A stretch of DNA of 64,000 nucleotides from Dehalococcoidia bacterium (GCA_963667465.2 CAXXDN010000002.1:1120001-1184000), one strand, 5' to 3'. Numbered from the stretch's first letter, positions 48,739 to 58,788 are shown. Notes: a model not told the origin generated them from the sequence alone. Numbers and translations are program-made.

Positions 48739-49539
48739 ATGGACCAGGATGCGCTCGACCGCGCCGCCGCGATCCTCGCCGACGCCTCGCACACCGTCGC
48801 GCTGACCGGAGCGGGCATCTCGAAGGAGTCAGGCATCCCGACCTTCCGAGGCCCGGACGGCCTCTGGACCAAGCGCGGCGAGCCGCCGCTCAACGGCTAC
48901 CAGGTCTTCCTCCAGGACCCCGCCGCCTGGTGGGAGCAGCGCCTCGAGCAGCTGGAGCAGCCCGACGAGTTCCGCAGCTCGTTCGCAGCGGCGCAGCCGA
49001 ACGCCGGACACCGCGCGCTCGCCGCGCTCGGGGAGCTCGGGGCCCTGCAGCACGTGATCACGCAGAACGTCGACGACCTGCACCGCCGCGCCGGCACGCA
49101 GTCGCTGACCGAGATCCACGGCAACACCAACTGGATGCGCTGCCTCGGCTGCGCCGCGCGCTGGCCTCGCGAGGAGTTCCCGATCGACCCCGGCCAGCTC
49201 CCGCCGCGCTGCGCCCAGCCCGGCTGCGAGGGCATCGTGAAGGGCGACGGCGTGATGTTCGGCGAGCCGATCCCGCCTGAGGCCCTCGAGCGCTGCGGGC
49301 TGGAGGCGCGCCGCTGCGACGCCTTCATGATCATCGGCACCACCGCCGTCGTGTACCCCGCCGCCGAGTTCCCGCAGCTGGCCGTGCGCCGCGGCGTCCC
49401 ACTGATCGAGATCGACCCCGATCCAACTGCGCTGACCGAAATGGCCGCCGTGGTACTGCGCGGACCGGCCGGCGAGGTCCTCCCCGCGCTCGTCGAGGCG
49501 GTCCGGGTTCGGCGCGAAGCAGACGCCACCGCGCCGTGA
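48739..49539 (+). CDS. cobB: NAD-dependent deacylase (Sir2/CobB family)
   Basis: LTGAGISKESGIPTFRG, ITQNVDDLH..AG, EIHG, CxxC..CxxxxC, FGE, GTTAVVYPAA. Confidence 0.9.
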   Translation: MDQDALDRAAAILADASHTVALTGAGISKESGIPTFRGPDGLWTKRGEPPLNGYQVFLQDPAAWWEQRLEQLEQPDEFRSSFAAAQPNAGHRALAALGELGALQHVITQNVDDLHRRAGTQSLTEIHGNTNWMRCLGCAARWPREEFPIDPGQLPPRCAQPGCEGIVKGDGVMFGEPIPPEALERCGLEARRCDAFMIIGTTAVVYPAAEFPQLAVRRGVPLIEIDPDPTALTEMAAVVLRGPAGEVLPALVEAVRVRREADATAP

Positions 49540-50507
49540 CGTCGAGGTACGACCCTCGCAGCGAGCCGCTCGGCGTCCTGATCGGCACGGAGCGCGGCCT
49601 CTGGCAGCTGCTCCCGGGTGAGCCGCTGCGCTGCGTCCTCCCGGACCTCGCGGTCACGCGGATCGAGGTGCGCGACGCGGTCGCGCTCGCCGCCGCGCCC
49701 GGGCACGGCGTCTGGCAGCACGACGGTGGCCCCGCAACGACCTGGCGCCAGGTCTGGGAGGGCGACCCGCGCTGCGTGCGCATCCGCCCTGAGGGCGTCC
49801 GCTACATCGGCGCGGCGCCCGCCGCCCTGCTGCGCGCCGAGCCCGGCGAGGAGCAGTGGACGGCTTCGCAGAGCCTCGACAGCGTGGTGCGCTACCAGCG
49901 TACGCGCAGCCGCGGCCCGGCCGGATCGGGCTGGGACCTGAGCGCGATCGCCTTCCCCGGCAGTGCGCTGCTCGTCGCCGTCGGCGGCGCGGGCGCCTGG
50001 CTCTCGAACGACGAAGGCCGCAGCTGGATGCCGCGATCCGAGGGCATCGACCCGAGCGTGACCGGCCTGCAGGAGCACCCGGAGCGCAGCGACCGCGTCT
50101 ACGCGACCACCGGCGGCGGCCTCTTCCGCTCCGAGGACGGCGGCTTCAGCTGGCTGCAATCGATCACCGGCCTCGACCGCTCGGTGGCGCACAGCGTGGC
50201 CGTGCTGCCGGGCGCGCCCGACGCGCTCGTGCTCGGCGCAGCGCGTCGCGCCGGAGGATCGGGCGGCGCGCTGTTCCGATCGATCGACGGAGGAGTGCGC
50301 TGGATCCGCCTGATCCTCGGCGACGAGGACGAGTGGCCGGAGGCGCCGCTGGTCGCCTCGCTGCCCGGCAGCCGCGACACCGTCTTTGCGCTCGCCGCCG
50401 GCGTCGTCTGGGCCTCGCACGATCGAGGCGGCGACTGGCGCCCGCTGACCGACGCTTCGGCGCGCCCCACGCTGCCCCGCCCCCACTGCCTCGCCGTCGC
50501 GCTCTGA
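49536..50507 (+). CDS. WD40/YVTN/BNR-repeat beta-propeller protein
   Basis: Repeated SxDxGxxW (SNDEGRSW, SEDGGFSW, SIDGGVRW, SHDRGGDW); GTGA overlap with cobB. Confidence 0.8.
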   Translation: MTSRYDPRSEPLGVLIGTERGLWQLLPGEPLRCVLPDLAVTRIEVRDAVALAAAPGHGVWQHDGGPATTWRQVWEGDPRCVRIRPEGVRYIGAAPAALLRAEPGEEQWTASQSLDSVVRYQRTRSRGPAGSGWDLSAIAFPGSALLVAVGGAGAWLSNDEGRSWMPRSEGIDPSVTGLQEHPERSDRVYATTGGGLFRSEDGGFSWLQSITGLDRSVAHSVAVLPGAPDALVLGAARRAGGSGGALFRSIDGGVRWIRLILGDEDEWPEAPLVASLPGSRDTVFALAAGVVWASHDRGGDWRPLTDASARPTLPRPHCLAVAL

Positions 50508-50578
50508 GCGCGGCGCTTGGGAACCCCGGGCACGTCCGTGTCGCCTAAGCTCCAGGGACCTGTTGGCAGGGGGCCACC

Positions 50579-50966
50579 GTGCCGCTGCGGCGCACGCTCG
50601 CCCTGCCCTTCGCCGTCCCCGTGCTGTCGCTCACCGCGGCCCTCACTGGATGCACGGGCGACTCGGACGAGAGCGTCGAGCCTCCCCGCGACGGCGACCT
50701 CGGTCGCGGCGCTCGTACCCACGGCCACGCCAACCGCGACGGCTGTGCCGAGCCATAGCTCCTGATCCCCTCGCGCTGGAAGGGTGAGACCGGCCGTGCT
50801 GTGGTACGACCTTACCGGCGCGCTCGAGATCCCTGTGACCAGGTGGCATGTACGACGAAGTGACCGGAATAAAATACATCGTCTCCGGTTACACCTTCGG
50901 TTCGTCGAGATTGAGCTGCTGATCGCGATCGCGCGCAGCCTGTTCGAGCCTCCGAATCCTCAATAG
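50579..50966 (+). pseudogene. Frameshifted, internally deleted lipoprotein gene related to the C-terminus of the 62377-64000 protein
   Basis: Lipobox LTAALTGC, PTATPTAT linker, then fragments RPAVLWY / MYDEVTGIKYIVSG / IAIARSLFE in shifting frames. Confidence 0.65.
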
Positions 50967-51051
50967 CCGCACGCGGCCGGGCAGCGCACAGGGGAGCGCG
51001 GTGCTACCATGGCCATCCCTCATCACGCTCGCTCCCACGGAGGCACACGCA

Positions 51052-51924
51052 GTGGCGAACCGCGCCCAGGCTGAAACCGTCGAGATCAACGGCATCACGC
51101 TCAACTACCAGGAATGGGGCGACTCCCGCAGCAAGCATGCCTTGCTGCTGCTCCACGGCTTCGGCGAGACCTCCAGCATCTGGGAGGAGATCGCGGTCGA
51201 GCTGTCGCGCGAGTACCGCGTGCTCGCGCTCGACCAGCGCGGCCACGGCGGCAGCGAACGCCCGCGCGACCACAACTACAGCCGCAACAGTCAGGTCGAG
51301 GACCTCGAGGCGTTCGTCGAGGCGATCGGGCTGCGCAGCGTGACGATCGCCGGGCAGGCGATGGGCGGCGCCAACGCGCTCTGCTACGCCGCCGAGCACC
51401 CCGACGTCGTCTCCGCGCTGATCGTGATCGAGGCCGCTCCCGAGGTGCTGCGCAGCGGCGTCGAGACGATGCGCCGTCTGCTCGCGTCCGCCGACAGCTT
51501 CGGCAGCCTCGACGACGCCATCGAGACCTGGGAGGCGTTCTACCCCTACGCCACCAGCGAGCAGCTCAGTCGCCGCATCAAGGCGACCCTGACCCGCAGC
51601 GACGACCTCACCTACGTCTGGGACTTCGACCCAATCTTCCGCGACCCGACAGCGCGCCCGCCCGACCCGGACCCCGGCCAACGCCGCATGACCAACCTCT
51701 GGGAGTGCGTCGAGCGCGTCCAGTGCCCGGTGATGATCGTGCGCGGCTCCGAGACCGACATGCTCACCCCGGAGGCGATCCAACGCCTGCACCGCCGCAT
51801 CCCCGGCTCGCGCGTCTCGCTGATCGAGGAGGCCGGCCACGCCGTGCCCACCGACCAGCCCGCCGCGCTGAGCCAGCACATCCGCGAGTTCCTGCAGAGC
51901 CTCTCGAGGACCCCGGCAGCGTGA
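51052..51924 (+). CDS. Alpha/beta-hydrolase fold protein (nucleophile Ser replaced: GQAMGG)
   Basis: LLHGF, LDQRGHGGS, GQAMGG, VRGSETD, EAGHAV..DQP. Confidence 0.88.
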   Translation: MANRAQAETVEINGITLNYQEWGDSRSKHALLLLHGFGETSSIWEEIAVELSREYRVLALDQRGHGGSERPRDHNYSRNSQVEDLEAFVEAIGLRSVTIAGQAMGGANALCYAAEHPDVVSALIVIEAAPEVLRSGVETMRRLLASADSFGSLDDAIETWEAFYPYATSEQLSRRIKATLTRSDDLTYVWDFDPIFRDPTARPPDPDPGQRRMTNLWECVERVQCPVMIVRGSETDMLTPEAIQRLHRRIPGSRVSLIEEAGHAVPTDQPAALSQHIREFLQSLSRTPAA

Positions 51925-53171
51925 CGACGACCCGAGAACTGCAGCGCGTCCTGGTCACGGGCATCGGGGCGGTCACGCCGATCGGCGGCGACGCGGCCTC
52001 GTACTGGGATGGCCTGCGCAACGGCCAGAACGGCATCGGGCGCGTCACGCTCTGCGACCCCGAGGGTTTGCCCGTGCAGATCAGCGGCGAGGTCAAGGAC
52101 TTCGACCCGGAGCAGCACCTCGACCGCCGCGTCGCGCGCCGCACCGCGCGCTTCGCCCAGTTCGCCGTCGCCGCCGGCCGCGAAGCCCTCGAGGACGCGG
52201 GCCGCGCCGGAGACGGGGAGCTGCAGGACGAGATCGGCGTCGTCATGGCGACCTCGGGCGACGCGTTCGAGATGGGCATCCCCTACATGGAGATGGAGCG
52301 CCGCGGCCCGATGCGGGCCGACCCCTTCATCATCACGCGCTCCGGCCAGCACATGGGCGCGGCGCGCGTCGCGCGTGAGCTCGGGCTGCGCGGCCCCAAC
52401 ACCACGATCAACACCGCCTGCGCCTCCGGCACGGACGCCCTCGGGCACGCGCTCAACCTGATCCGCCTCGGACAGACCCAGGCGCTGCTCGCTGGCGGTA
52501 CCGAGGCGCTGATCGGCCGTCTCTCGCTCGCCTCGATGGGCCGCCTCGGCGCGCTCACCCGCAACAACGAGGATCCGGAGCACGCCTGCCGCCCGTTCGA
52601 CAAGGACCGCGACGGCTTCGTGCTCGGCGAGGGCGCCGGCGTACTGCTGCTCGAGTCCGAGCAGTCCGCCCTCGAGCGCGGCGCGCGCGTCTACGCCGAA
52701 CTGGCCGGCGCCGGCTGGTCCTTCGACGCCACCGACGACACCGCCCCCGACCCCGAGGGCGAGTCGCTGGCGATGAAGCGCGCGATGGACGACGCCGGCA
52801 TCGACCCGTCCGAGGTGGACTACATCAACGCCCACGGCACCAGCACGCAGTACAACGACCGCAGCGAGACGCGCGCCGTGAAGCTCGCCCTCGGCGAGCA
52901 AAACGCCTACAACATCGCGATCTCCTCGACGAAGTCGATGACGGGCCATCTCGCGGCGGGCGCCGGGGGCATCGAGGCGATCGCGGCGCTGTTCGCGATG
53001 CACTACGGCTGTATCCCGCCAACGATCAACTACGAGACGCCGGACCCGGACTGCGACCTGGACATCGTGCCGAACGAGGCGCGCGAGGCGGACCTGCGGG
53101 TCGTACTCTCCAACTCGTTCGGCCTCGGCGGGCAGAACGCCTGCGTCGTCTTCCGCCGCTACGAGCCGTAG
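51921..53171 (+). CDS. fabF: Beta-ketoacyl-ACP synthase II
   Basis: VLVTGIG, TACASG, RPFDKDRDGFVLGEGAG, YINAHGTST, KSMTGH, SNSFGLGGQN. Confidence 0.9.
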   Translation: MTTTRELQRVLVTGIGAVTPIGGDAASYWDGLRNGQNGIGRVTLCDPEGLPVQISGEVKDFDPEQHLDRRVARRTARFAQFAVAAGREALEDAGRAGDGELQDEIGVVMATSGDAFEMGIPYMEMERRGPMRADPFIITRSGQHMGAARVARELGLRGPNTTINTACASGTDALGHALNLIRLGQTQALLAGGTEALIGRLSLASMGRLGALTRNNEDPEHACRPFDKDRDGFVLGEGAGVLLLESEQSALERGARVYAELAGAGWSFDATDDTAPDPEGESLAMKRAMDDAGIDPSEVDYINAHGTSTQYNDRSETRAVKLALGEQNAYNIAISSTKSMTGHLAAGAGGIEAIAALFAMHYGCIPPTINYETPDPDCDLDIVPNEAREADLRVVLSNSFGLGGQNACVVFRRYEP

Positions 53172-53190
53172 CAGCCGCGACCCGGCCCGC

Positions 53191-53589
53191 TCAGCCGCCC
53201 AGCCGCAGCTCGCCCGCCCACTCCTCGACGCCAACCTCGAGGTCGCAGGAGACGCGGTCGCCTTCGGCCGCGAGCGAGCCGTCGACGCCGTCGACGACGA
53301 ACGAGGCGCGCACCTGCGCCGCGCCCGTCTCGTCTCCTGCGAGCACGGAGCCGGCCTCGAGCGAGCCGTTCAGCTCGCCCCGCTCCGCGTCGACGGCGGT
53401 CACATAGCCCTCGGAGAGCGGGACCTCGCCCTCGCGGCCGAGCAGCCAGACGAGGGTCCACGAAACCTCGATGCCCGGCGCCTCCCCGGCGGCTCCATCG
53501 AGCACGACCTGGAAGCGGCCGTCGAGCAGCTCCTCGCGCTCGCTGACCTCGCCCTCGACCCGGAGGCGCCGCGGCACGGACTCGCTCAT
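53191..53589 (-). CDS. Hypothetical protein
   Basis: ATGA overlap with upstream phosphatase gene; acidic, beta-rich. Confidence 0.6.
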   Translation of the reverse strand: MSESVPRRLRVEGEVSEREELLDGRFQVVLDGAAGEAPGIEVSWTLVWLLGREGEVPLSEGYVTAVDAERGELNGSLEAGSVLAGDETGAAQVRASFVVDGVDGSLAAEGDRVSCDLEVGVEEWAGELRLGG

Positions 53590-54224
53590 GCGTCGCTGAG
53601 CCACGGCTCGGTCTGCGGGCCGCCGAGCGAGCGCAGGTGGCAGGTGTCGTTGAGGCTGCGGAGGGTGAGCCTGCCGTCCTGCGCCACGCTGACCGCGGTG
53701 ATGCCGCAGTTGGCGGTGTAGATCTGCGCGTACTCCCCGTCGCCGAGGCCGCAGATGCGGCCGACCGCCGCACCGAGCACGCCGCCGTGCAGCACCGCGA
53801 CGGCGGTCCCCTCCCGATGGCGCTCGGCGAGCGCGCCGACCTGGCGGGCGACGCGGTCGCGGAAAGCCGTCGAGCCTTCCTCGCCCGGGATGCTCCCGCG
53901 TCCCCAGGCGCGCCCGACGACGTCGAAGCGCTCGCGCACCTCGTCCCAGCTCAGGCCCTCTGCCTCGCCGAAGCCGTACTCCTGCAGGTCGGGCACTTCG
54001 ATCACCTCGTGGCCGATGTGCGTAGCGACGATGTCCGCCGTCTCTCGCGCGCGCCGCAGGTGGCTGGAGTAGAGCGCGTCGATCTCGACGCCGGCGAGGC
54101 GGCGACCGGCGGCCTCGGCCTGCTCACGTCCCAGCGACGTCAGCGCGTAGTGCGTCAGCTGGCCCTGCACGACGCGCGCGAGGTTGCCCTCGGACTCTCC
54201 ATGGCGGAGCAGCAGCAGCGTCAC
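53586..54224 (-). CDS. Histidine phosphatase (PGM family)
   Basis: LLRHGESEGN, SSHLRRARETA, LQEYGFG, HGG, LNDTCHL. Confidence 0.92.
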   Translation of the reverse strand: MTLLLLRHGESEGNLARVVQGQLTHYALTSLGREQAEAAGRRLAGVEIDALYSSHLRRARETADIVATHIGHEVIEVPDLQEYGFGEAEGLSWDEVRERFDVVGRAWGRGSIPGEEGSTAFRDRVARQVGALAERHREGTAVAVLHGGVLGAAVGRICGLGDGEYAQIYTANCGITAVSVAQDGRLTLRSLNDTCHLRSLGGPQTEPWLSDA

Positions 54225-54778
54225 GACGCATCCTCGAGCAGCTGCAGGAAGTTGGCGACGACACGGGCGGTGGCGCCGAAGATCAGGTGCTCGCCGTAGC
54301 GGTAGGCCGGCATCACCGGCCCGTCCGGCCGCGCGGTCCACTCGAGGGCGTCGCCTGAGATCAGCAGGTCCAGTGGCACCTCGAGCAGCTCGGCCACCTC
54401 TATCTCTGCGAAGCGGAAGGGGTACGGTCCCGGCCGCGTGATCGCGCCGACGAACGGCGTCATCACGAAGTGCGAGCGCGTCGGCACGTCGTCGAGGCGA
54501 CCGAACAGCTCGACATCGGAGGCGGGGACGCCGATCTCCTCCTCGGTCTCGCGCAGGCAGGTCACCTCGAGCGTGCCGTCCCCGGCGTCCTGCGCACCGC
54601 CGGGGAAGCTGATCTCGCCCTTGTGGTGCTCGACGTGGTGGGTGCGGACCTGGAACAGCAGGTGCTCGACGCCGTCGCGCTCGTAGAGCAGCAGCAGCAC
54701 GGCGGCCGGGGCGAGGGCGTCATCGTCCAGTGGCGTCGCCTCGTGGGCCTCGACGATCTCGCGGATGCGTTGACGCAT
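54221..54778 (-). CDS. Nudix CoA pyrophosphatase family
   Basis: AAVLLLL, HKGEISFPGG..D...TCLRETEEEIG, IFGATA. Confidence 0.92.
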   Translation of the reverse strand: MRQRIREIVEAHEATPLDDDALAPAAVLLLLYERDGVEHLLFQVRTHHVEHHKGEISFPGGAQDAGDGTLEVTCLRETEEEIGVPASDVELFGRLDDVPTRSHFVMTPFVGAITRPGPYPFRFAEIEVAELLEVPLDLLISGDALEWTARPDGPVMPAYRYGEHLIFGATARVVANFLQLLEDAS

Positions 54779-54934
54779 CAGGATGTTTTCACCCTCCGTG
54801 ATGTTCCGGCCTCGCGGCCTGGATGTCGTGAGACTCCGTATACTATGCAGGTGGCGGCTCCTCACGCGAGGCGGCCGGCCGATGTGGCCCGGGCTGGACG
54901 GCGAGGCAGAGGCACGCACACCGGAGGTCGAGCA

Positions 54935-55597
54935 ATGCTGAGACTTGTCGAGGAAATCGTCCTGCTCCTGCTCCGCGACGACGACGGGACGTTCGTGCGC
55001 GTGCCCAGCTGGTCACGCAACTACGCCATCGCCGGCGGCGTGCTGATGGACCTGGCGATGGAGAACCGCATCGACACGGACCTCGAGAACCTGATCCTGA
55101 TCGACGACACGCCGACCGGCGACAGCCTGCTCGACCCGACGCTGGCGGACATCGCGGCGGGTGAAACGCAGGGCGCACGCTACTGGGTGGAGCGCACGGC
55201 GGAGCACGCCGATGCGATCCAGGACGAAGCGCTCTCCCGGCTGATCGAGCACGGCATCCTCGAGCGCCGCGACGACCGCTTCCTCTGGGTGTTCAAGTCG
55301 AGGCGCTACCCGACGATCGATGGTCGGGCCGAGCGCGAGGTCAAGCTGCGCATCATGGGCGTGCTGTTCAGCGACGACATCCCGGACCCGCGTGACGTGA
55401 CCGTCATCTGCCTGGCCGACGCCTGCGACATCTTCAAGGAACTGCTGACCAGTCGCGAGCTGGAGCAGGCAGCACCGCGAATCGAGCAGGTCCGCAAGCT
55501 CGACCTGATCGGGCAGGCGATGTCCGGGGCGATTCGCGACATCGAGGTCTCGGTGGCCGCCTCGGTCGCCGCCTCGATCGATGGTCACGTCTACTAG
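54935..55597 (+). CDS. GPP34/GOLPH3-family protein
   Basis: LVEEIVLLLLRDDDG, AGGVLMDLAMENRI, PTGDSLLD, RLIEHGIL..FLWVF..RRYP. Confidence 0.82.
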   Translation: MLRLVEEIVLLLLRDDDGTFVRVPSWSRNYAIAGGVLMDLAMENRIDTDLENLILIDDTPTGDSLLDPTLADIAAGETQGARYWVERTAEHADAIQDEALSRLIEHGILERRDDRFLWVFKSRRYPTIDGRAEREVKLRIMGVLFSDDIPDPRDVTVICLADACDIFKELLTSRELEQAAPRIEQVRKLDLIGQAMSGAIRDIEVSVAASVAASIDGHVY

Positions 55598-55619
55598 GCG
55601 GGCTACTCCTCGACCGGTT

Positions 55620-55770
55620 CGACCCGCACGGTTCGACCCGCACATCGGGCAGCCATTCGAGCCACGACGGCAGGTGCCAGTTGCGGCTGCCCGGCAGCTC
55701 CATGCTGGCCGGCACGAGCACGGACCTCACGAGCATCGGAAGTAGGAGCGCGTCACCGCCACCATCGGGA
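55620..55770 (-). pseudogene. Isolated C-terminal fragment of an MMPL/RND transporter
   Basis: LVRSVLVPASMELPGSRNWHLPSWLEWLPDVRVE matches the typical MMPL terminus VRxxLVPAxMxLLGxxNWxLPxWLxWLP. Confidence 0.6.
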
Positions 55771-55899
55771 TGCGGACGAGCAGGAGGCCGATCACCGGAA
55801 GCGGTCACGGGTGCGCATGGTACCGGGCAGCCTCGAGGGCCGCGATGTCGCGCCTGCGCGGCTCGCACCGGAGAGGGGGAACACCGGGTCATCGAGGGT

Positions 55900-56010
55900 T
55901 AAAGCGAAACCGCACACTCCCGGTTGCCCGGATGTGCGCGGTCTCTCGCCTCGCTGGATTCCGCTGTTCCCTGGAAGCCTCCTGCGGATCTTGGCTTCCG
56001 GGACACCCCC
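55900..56010 (-). ncRNA. Candidate structured leader RNA with terminator-like hairpin
   Basis: Minus strand: TCCCGGAAGCC..GGCTTCC(A)GGGA stem, then CGCACA..CCGG-GCAA-CCGG..TGTGCG followed by GTTTCGCTTT. Confidence 0.35.
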
Positions 56011-56141
56011 GCTCGGCTGATGAAGAGACTAGGGGATCGCGCGGTAGCCGTGGGCGGATTTCGGCCCTACTTGAGCACAACCCGTGCGCAATACATCCAC
56101 CGTCGTCGACAATTGTGCCTCGAGGAACCGTTGCGCCTCGA

Positions 56142-57515
56142 TCAGCCGCTCGGCGGGCCGGCCGCGGCCGTCTCCTCCTCCAGGTACGGCATGATCGATT
56201 CGATCAGGTCGGTCCGCGAGTCCAGCGTGCGGCCGATCCCCGAGAGCAGACCCATCACGCGCGCGATCAGCACCACGTCGCCCGGTACCTCGACGAGCGG
56301 GTTCGCGCGCAGCACGCGGCCGAGCCGCACGTTGACCTCGGCGAACAGCCGTTGGTCGGCGTAGGCCTGCCCGGAGCGCAGCACATCACCGAGGAACGCC
56401 TCGCCCAGCTCGTAGTAGGTCTCCTCGTCGCGCACGCGGGTGCGGAAGCCCATGTCCTCCATCGCCGCTGACACATCGGCGCGGTGCTGCGCGATGATCG
56501 CGCTGGTCAGCACCACCACCTGCTGCCGGAACTCGTCCGGCAGCCGCTTCGTCAGCCCGAAGTCGACGAGGCCGATGCGGTGCGGCTGGCCATCCCGTGA
56601 GGGCAGCACGAACAGGTTGCCGGGGTGCGGGTCGGCATGGAACATGCCGCGCCTCAGGATCATCACGTTGTAGATGTCGATCAGCGAGTCCGCGACCTGC
56701 GCCGCGTCCACGCCGGCCTCGCGCAGCGCCTCAACGTTCGTGATCTTGATGCCGTCGAGGTAGTCCATCGTCAGCACGCGGCGGCTGGAGCGCTCCCAGT
56801 AGATGCGCGGGACCACCACGTCCTCGCGGTCCTGGAGCAGCGCCGCGATCTCCTCGGCGGCATCGCCCTCGTGGACGAAGTCGATCTCATCGGGTGCGTT
56901 GCGCTGCATCTCGGAGGCGATCGGGCGAAAGTCGATCACCGTCTCGATGCGCGCCCAGATCGCCGTCAGCCAGCCGATCGTCTCGAGGTCCCACGCGACG
57001 ATCCGCTCGATGCCGGGATACTGCACCTTGACGGCGACATCCGTGCCGTCGTGCAGCCGCGCGCGGTAGACCTGCGCCAGCGAGGCGGCAGCGACGGCCC
57101 CCCTGTCGAACTCGGCGAACAGCTCGTCGACGGAGCCGCCCAGTTCGCGCTCGATCAGCGGACGCAGCTCATCCCAGGGCCGCGGCGGCACGGCATCGTG
57201 CACGAGCGAAAGCGTCTCCACGTACTCCTCGCGGAGGATGTCGGCGCGGCTGCCGAGGAATTGCACGGCCTTGATGATCAGGCCCTGCTGGCGAATCGAG
57301 CGGCGCACGATCGCCCGGGCTGCGGCGAGATGGAAACGCTCGGTCGCTTCGGGCAGTTCGGAGCGCAGCAGGCGGCGCCTGAGCCTCAGCCAGCGCCAGC
57401 GCAGCCAGAGCAGCACGACGGTCGCCGCCAGCGGTACGAAGCGCCGCCAGCGCCCCGACGGTGGGCGCGGCGCGATGTCGGCGTAGGCGCCGCTCACGGC
57501 AGCATCCGCGTGCAT
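56142..57515 (-). CDS. ABC1/AarF/UbiB-family atypical kinase
   Basis: IKAVQFLGSRAD, AAASLAQVYRA, VAVKVQYPG, FHADPHPGN, LVDFG. Confidence 0.92.
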   Translation of the reverse strand: MHADAAVSGAYADIAPRPPSGRWRRFVPLAATVVLLWLRWRWLRLRRRLLRSELPEATERFHLAAARAIVRRSIRQQGLIIKAVQFLGSRADILREEYVETLSLVHDAVPPRPWDELRPLIERELGGSVDELFAEFDRGAVAAASLAQVYRARLHDGTDVAVKVQYPGIERIVAWDLETIGWLTAIWARIETVIDFRPIASEMQRNAPDEIDFVHEGDAAEEIAALLQDREDVVVPRIYWERSSRRVLTMDYLDGIKITNVEALREAGVDAAQVADSLIDIYNVMILRRGMFHADPHPGNLFVLPSRDGQPHRIGLVDFGLTKRLPDEFRQQVVVLTSAIIAQHRADVSAAMEDMGFRTRVRDEETYYELGEAFLGDVLRSGQAYADQRLFAEVNVRLGRVLRANPLVEVPGDVVLIARVMGLLSGIGRTLDSRTDLIESIMPYLEEETAAAGPPSG

Positions 57516-57544
57516 GTTTCGGTCATTGGAGTACGATCCAGTGG

Positions 57545-58747
57545 ATGGCGATCTTCAATCCGTTTCTGCCCTCGTTCCAGGCCGACCCGTATCCCCAGTA
57601 CGCCGCCCTGCGCGCCGAAGAACCCGTCCATTTCAGTCTCGCGCTCCAGGCCTGGGTGCTGACCGCCTACGAGGACTGCGCTCTGGTCCTGCGTAACGAT
57701 GAGACCTTCTCCTCCAGCTCCAACACCGCCTCGGGACAGCTGGCGGAGGTCCTGCAGCAGCAACGGCGCGAGTTCCCGCTGGGCGAGACGCCGACCGTGC
57801 TCAACTCTGACCCGCCCGTGCACACCCGCCTCCGCAGCCTGCTCAACCGCGCCTTCACCCCGCGCGCCATCGAGGGCCTGCGCCCGCGCATCGAGGAGAT
57901 CGCTGCCTCGCTGCTGGACGACATCGACGCCTCGAACGGACGCTTCGACGTCGCCACGGGCTTCGCGCAACCCCTTCCAATCATCGTAATCGCGGAGCTG
58001 CTGGGAGTCCCGCCCGAGGATCGCGACCGCTTCAAGCGCTGGTCGGTCGCGATCGCGCGCACGACGGACGTGTTCAACACGCCCGCCATCCTCGAGGCAG
58101 CGCGCGCTGCCACCCGCGAACTGATCGCCTACATGGACGAGGTGGTGGCACAGCGCCGTGAGGCGCCCGGCGCCGACATCCTGACCGCGCTCGCCGCCGC
58201 CGAGCAGGAGGGCGAGCGCCTCTCGCACGATGAGCTGCTGGCGTTCTCGATCCTTTTGCTGCTCGCGGGCCACGAGACCACCAGCAACCTGATCGGCAAT
58301 GGCCTGGTCGCCCTTGCCGCGCGTCCGGAGCTGGTCGCGCGCCTGCGCTCCGAGCCGTCGCTGCTGCCCTCGGCGGTCGAGGAGTTGCTGCGCTACGACA
58401 GCAGCGTGCAGGGCGTCGTGCGCTTCGCGCGGCGGCGCACGGAGCTGGGAGGCCGCACGATCGAGCAGGGTGCAGCGCTGCTGCCGATGGTCGGCGCCGC
58501 CAACCGCGATCCGGCGCAGTTCAGCAAGCCCGAGGAGCTCGACATCGAGCGCTCGCCGAATCGCCACCTCGCGTTCGGGCGGGGCATCCACTTCTGCCTC
58601 GGCGCCCCGCTCGCCCGCCTCGAGGGCGAGGTCGCCTTCGCCGCGCTGCTCGATCGCTTCCCGCAGCTGCGCGTCGCGGAGGGCGGCGTCGAGCGCAGCG
58701 GCACGCTGCTGCTGCGCGGCGTAGGGCGGCTCGAGCTGGGGGTCTGA
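57545..58747 (+). CDS. Cytochrome P450
   Basis: DPPVHTRLR, LLAGHETT, EELLRYD, ANRDP, FGRGIHFCLG. Confidence 0.95.
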   Translation: MAIFNPFLPSFQADPYPQYAALRAEEPVHFSLALQAWVLTAYEDCALVLRNDETFSSSSNTASGQLAEVLQQQRREFPLGETPTVLNSDPPVHTRLRSLLNRAFTPRAIEGLRPRIEEIAASLLDDIDASNGRFDVATGFAQPLPIIVIAELLGVPPEDRDRFKRWSVAIARTTDVFNTPAILEAARAATRELIAYMDEVVAQRREAPGADILTALAAAEQEGERLSHDELLAFSILLLLAGHETTSNLIGNGLVALAARPELVARLRSEPSLLPSAVEELLRYDSSVQGVVRFARRRTELGGRTIEQGAALLPMVGAANRDPAQFSKPEELDIERSPNRHLAFGRGIHFCLGAPLARLEGEVAFAALLDRFPQLRVAEGGVERSGTLLLRGVGRLELGV

Positions 58748-58788
58748 GCCGCGCGGGTGCGGCGTAGCGCTATGGCAGAATGCGCGCC

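Noticed and set aside
50785-50787. In-frame TGA in the 50579-50966 region as another selenocysteine
   Set aside because: No Cys-motif context, and the region has multiple frameshifts, so it is better explained as pseudogene decay
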